Position numbers and translations under genes: made by a program
The notes under the pieces: generated by a model
The model's database searches: none
What the model was told of the DNA's origin: nothing
What the model saw: only the letters and a program-made list of their open reading frames with translations
Part shown: positions 63,637-64,000 of the stretch, in pieces
Layout: each line of letters begins with the position of its first letter
How positions within the stretch are numbered: the first letter of the stretch is position 1
Assembly: GCA_045537905.1 (NCBI GenBank)
Contig: JAZSQJ010000067.1
Location: 2,493-66,492, forward strand
Reading direction: 5' to 3'
Length of the DNA stretch: 64,000 bases
Source of the DNA: Eubacteriales bacterium
GTDB taxonomy: Bacteria > Bacillota > Clostridia > Oscillospirales > CAG-382

Positions 63637-64000
63637 TCAAAGCTCGGGTTTGAAGGACGGCATAAGCTGTAGCTTGAACTGATTTATCCTATGAAGATAG
63701 TCGATCCTTTCCTTTTTCTGAAGGTCGTCAATCTCTCCCGTTCGGATATAACGGTCAAGCTCTGCGTAGGTAAAGCCTAAGTTATCCTCGTCTGTTTTTC
63801 CACACAGTCCGTCTATAGGAACCTTGTCCACAAGCTCCTTGGGCAAGCCCAGAAGGTAGCCTATTTCTTTAATCTCGTGTACCGTGAGATGTGACATAGG
63901 ACTGAAGTCGCCTGCGGCATCACCGTAACGGGTGGAATAACCAACCCAATCCTCGGACAGATTACAGGTATTTACGACCCTGCCGTTACAGCTTTGAGAA
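63637..64000 (-). CDS. nadE: NAD+ synthetase, C-terminal part (5' end lies outside the window)
   Basis: The frame is open to nt 64000 and reads ...WVGYSTRYGDAAGDFSPMSHLTVHEIKEIG..., the NadE signature region. Confidence 0.85.
   Translation of the reverse strand, partial: SQSCNGRVVNTCNLSEDWVGYSTRYGDAAGDFSPMSHLTVHEIKEIGYLLGLPKELVDKVPIDGLCGKTDEDNLGFTYAELDRYIRTGEIDDLQKKERIDYLHRINQFKLQLMPSFKPEL

Noticed and set aside
1-64000. A search for CRISPR arrays, tRNA/rRNA genes, transposases, integrases and prophage genes.
   Set aside because: I noticed no direct-repeat array, no cloverleaf-like segments in the short intergenic regions, and no recombinase-like ORFs. The window reads as core chromosome.

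Overview
This 64 kb window looks like chromosomal core DNA from a low/mid-GC Firmicute. I infer Clostridia, probably a Ruminococcus-like cellulosome producer, from a dockerin module, a HydABC-type [FeFe] hydrogenase operon, and the lipoprotein and codon style. I support about 60 protein-coding genes, most on the minus strand. I found no rRNA, tRNA, CRISPR array, transposase or integrase.

Gene blocks, in order:
- 1-2727: a 5'-truncated carboxyltransferase, a lipoprotein barnase with barstar, and a small AAA ATPase.
- 2765-7669: zur-znuACB plus an orphan 639-aa lipoprotein.
- 7861-12469: radA, cwlD, xth and small membrane/zincin genes.
- 12469-20022: an MBOAT / small TM protein / 2x DHHW / FkbH-like / carrier protein / beta-lactamase-fold cluster. 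This is my best candidate for an undescribed system: a Dlt-like, carrier-protein-dependent surface-polymer O-acylation relay with no DltA.
- 20175-22238: a dockerin-bearing amidase_3.
- 22424-26411: potABCD.
- 26623-30842: a membrane protein, a two-component system and HtrA.
- 30908-34821: YcxB-like protein, M48-like peptidase and pfkA.
- 34956-39945: hydC, an HATPase protein, a Cys-less Trx-like ferredoxin, hydB and hydA.
- 40092-43250: DRTGG protein, AKR-FeS and fhs.
- 43268-54545: a pur operon (purE, purF-like, purM, FNT channel, purN, purO, purH, purD, purL) behind a ZTP (pfl-motif) riboswitch with a terminator.
- 54628-63573: a pyr operon (pyrC, carB, pyrK, pyrD, pyrF, pyrE, pyrB, pyrI) behind a consensus promoter and a leader terminator.
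- 63637-64000: the 3' part of nadE.

Several sequence-level oddities are listed as findings. All family calls come from reading motifs by eye. No database search was run.
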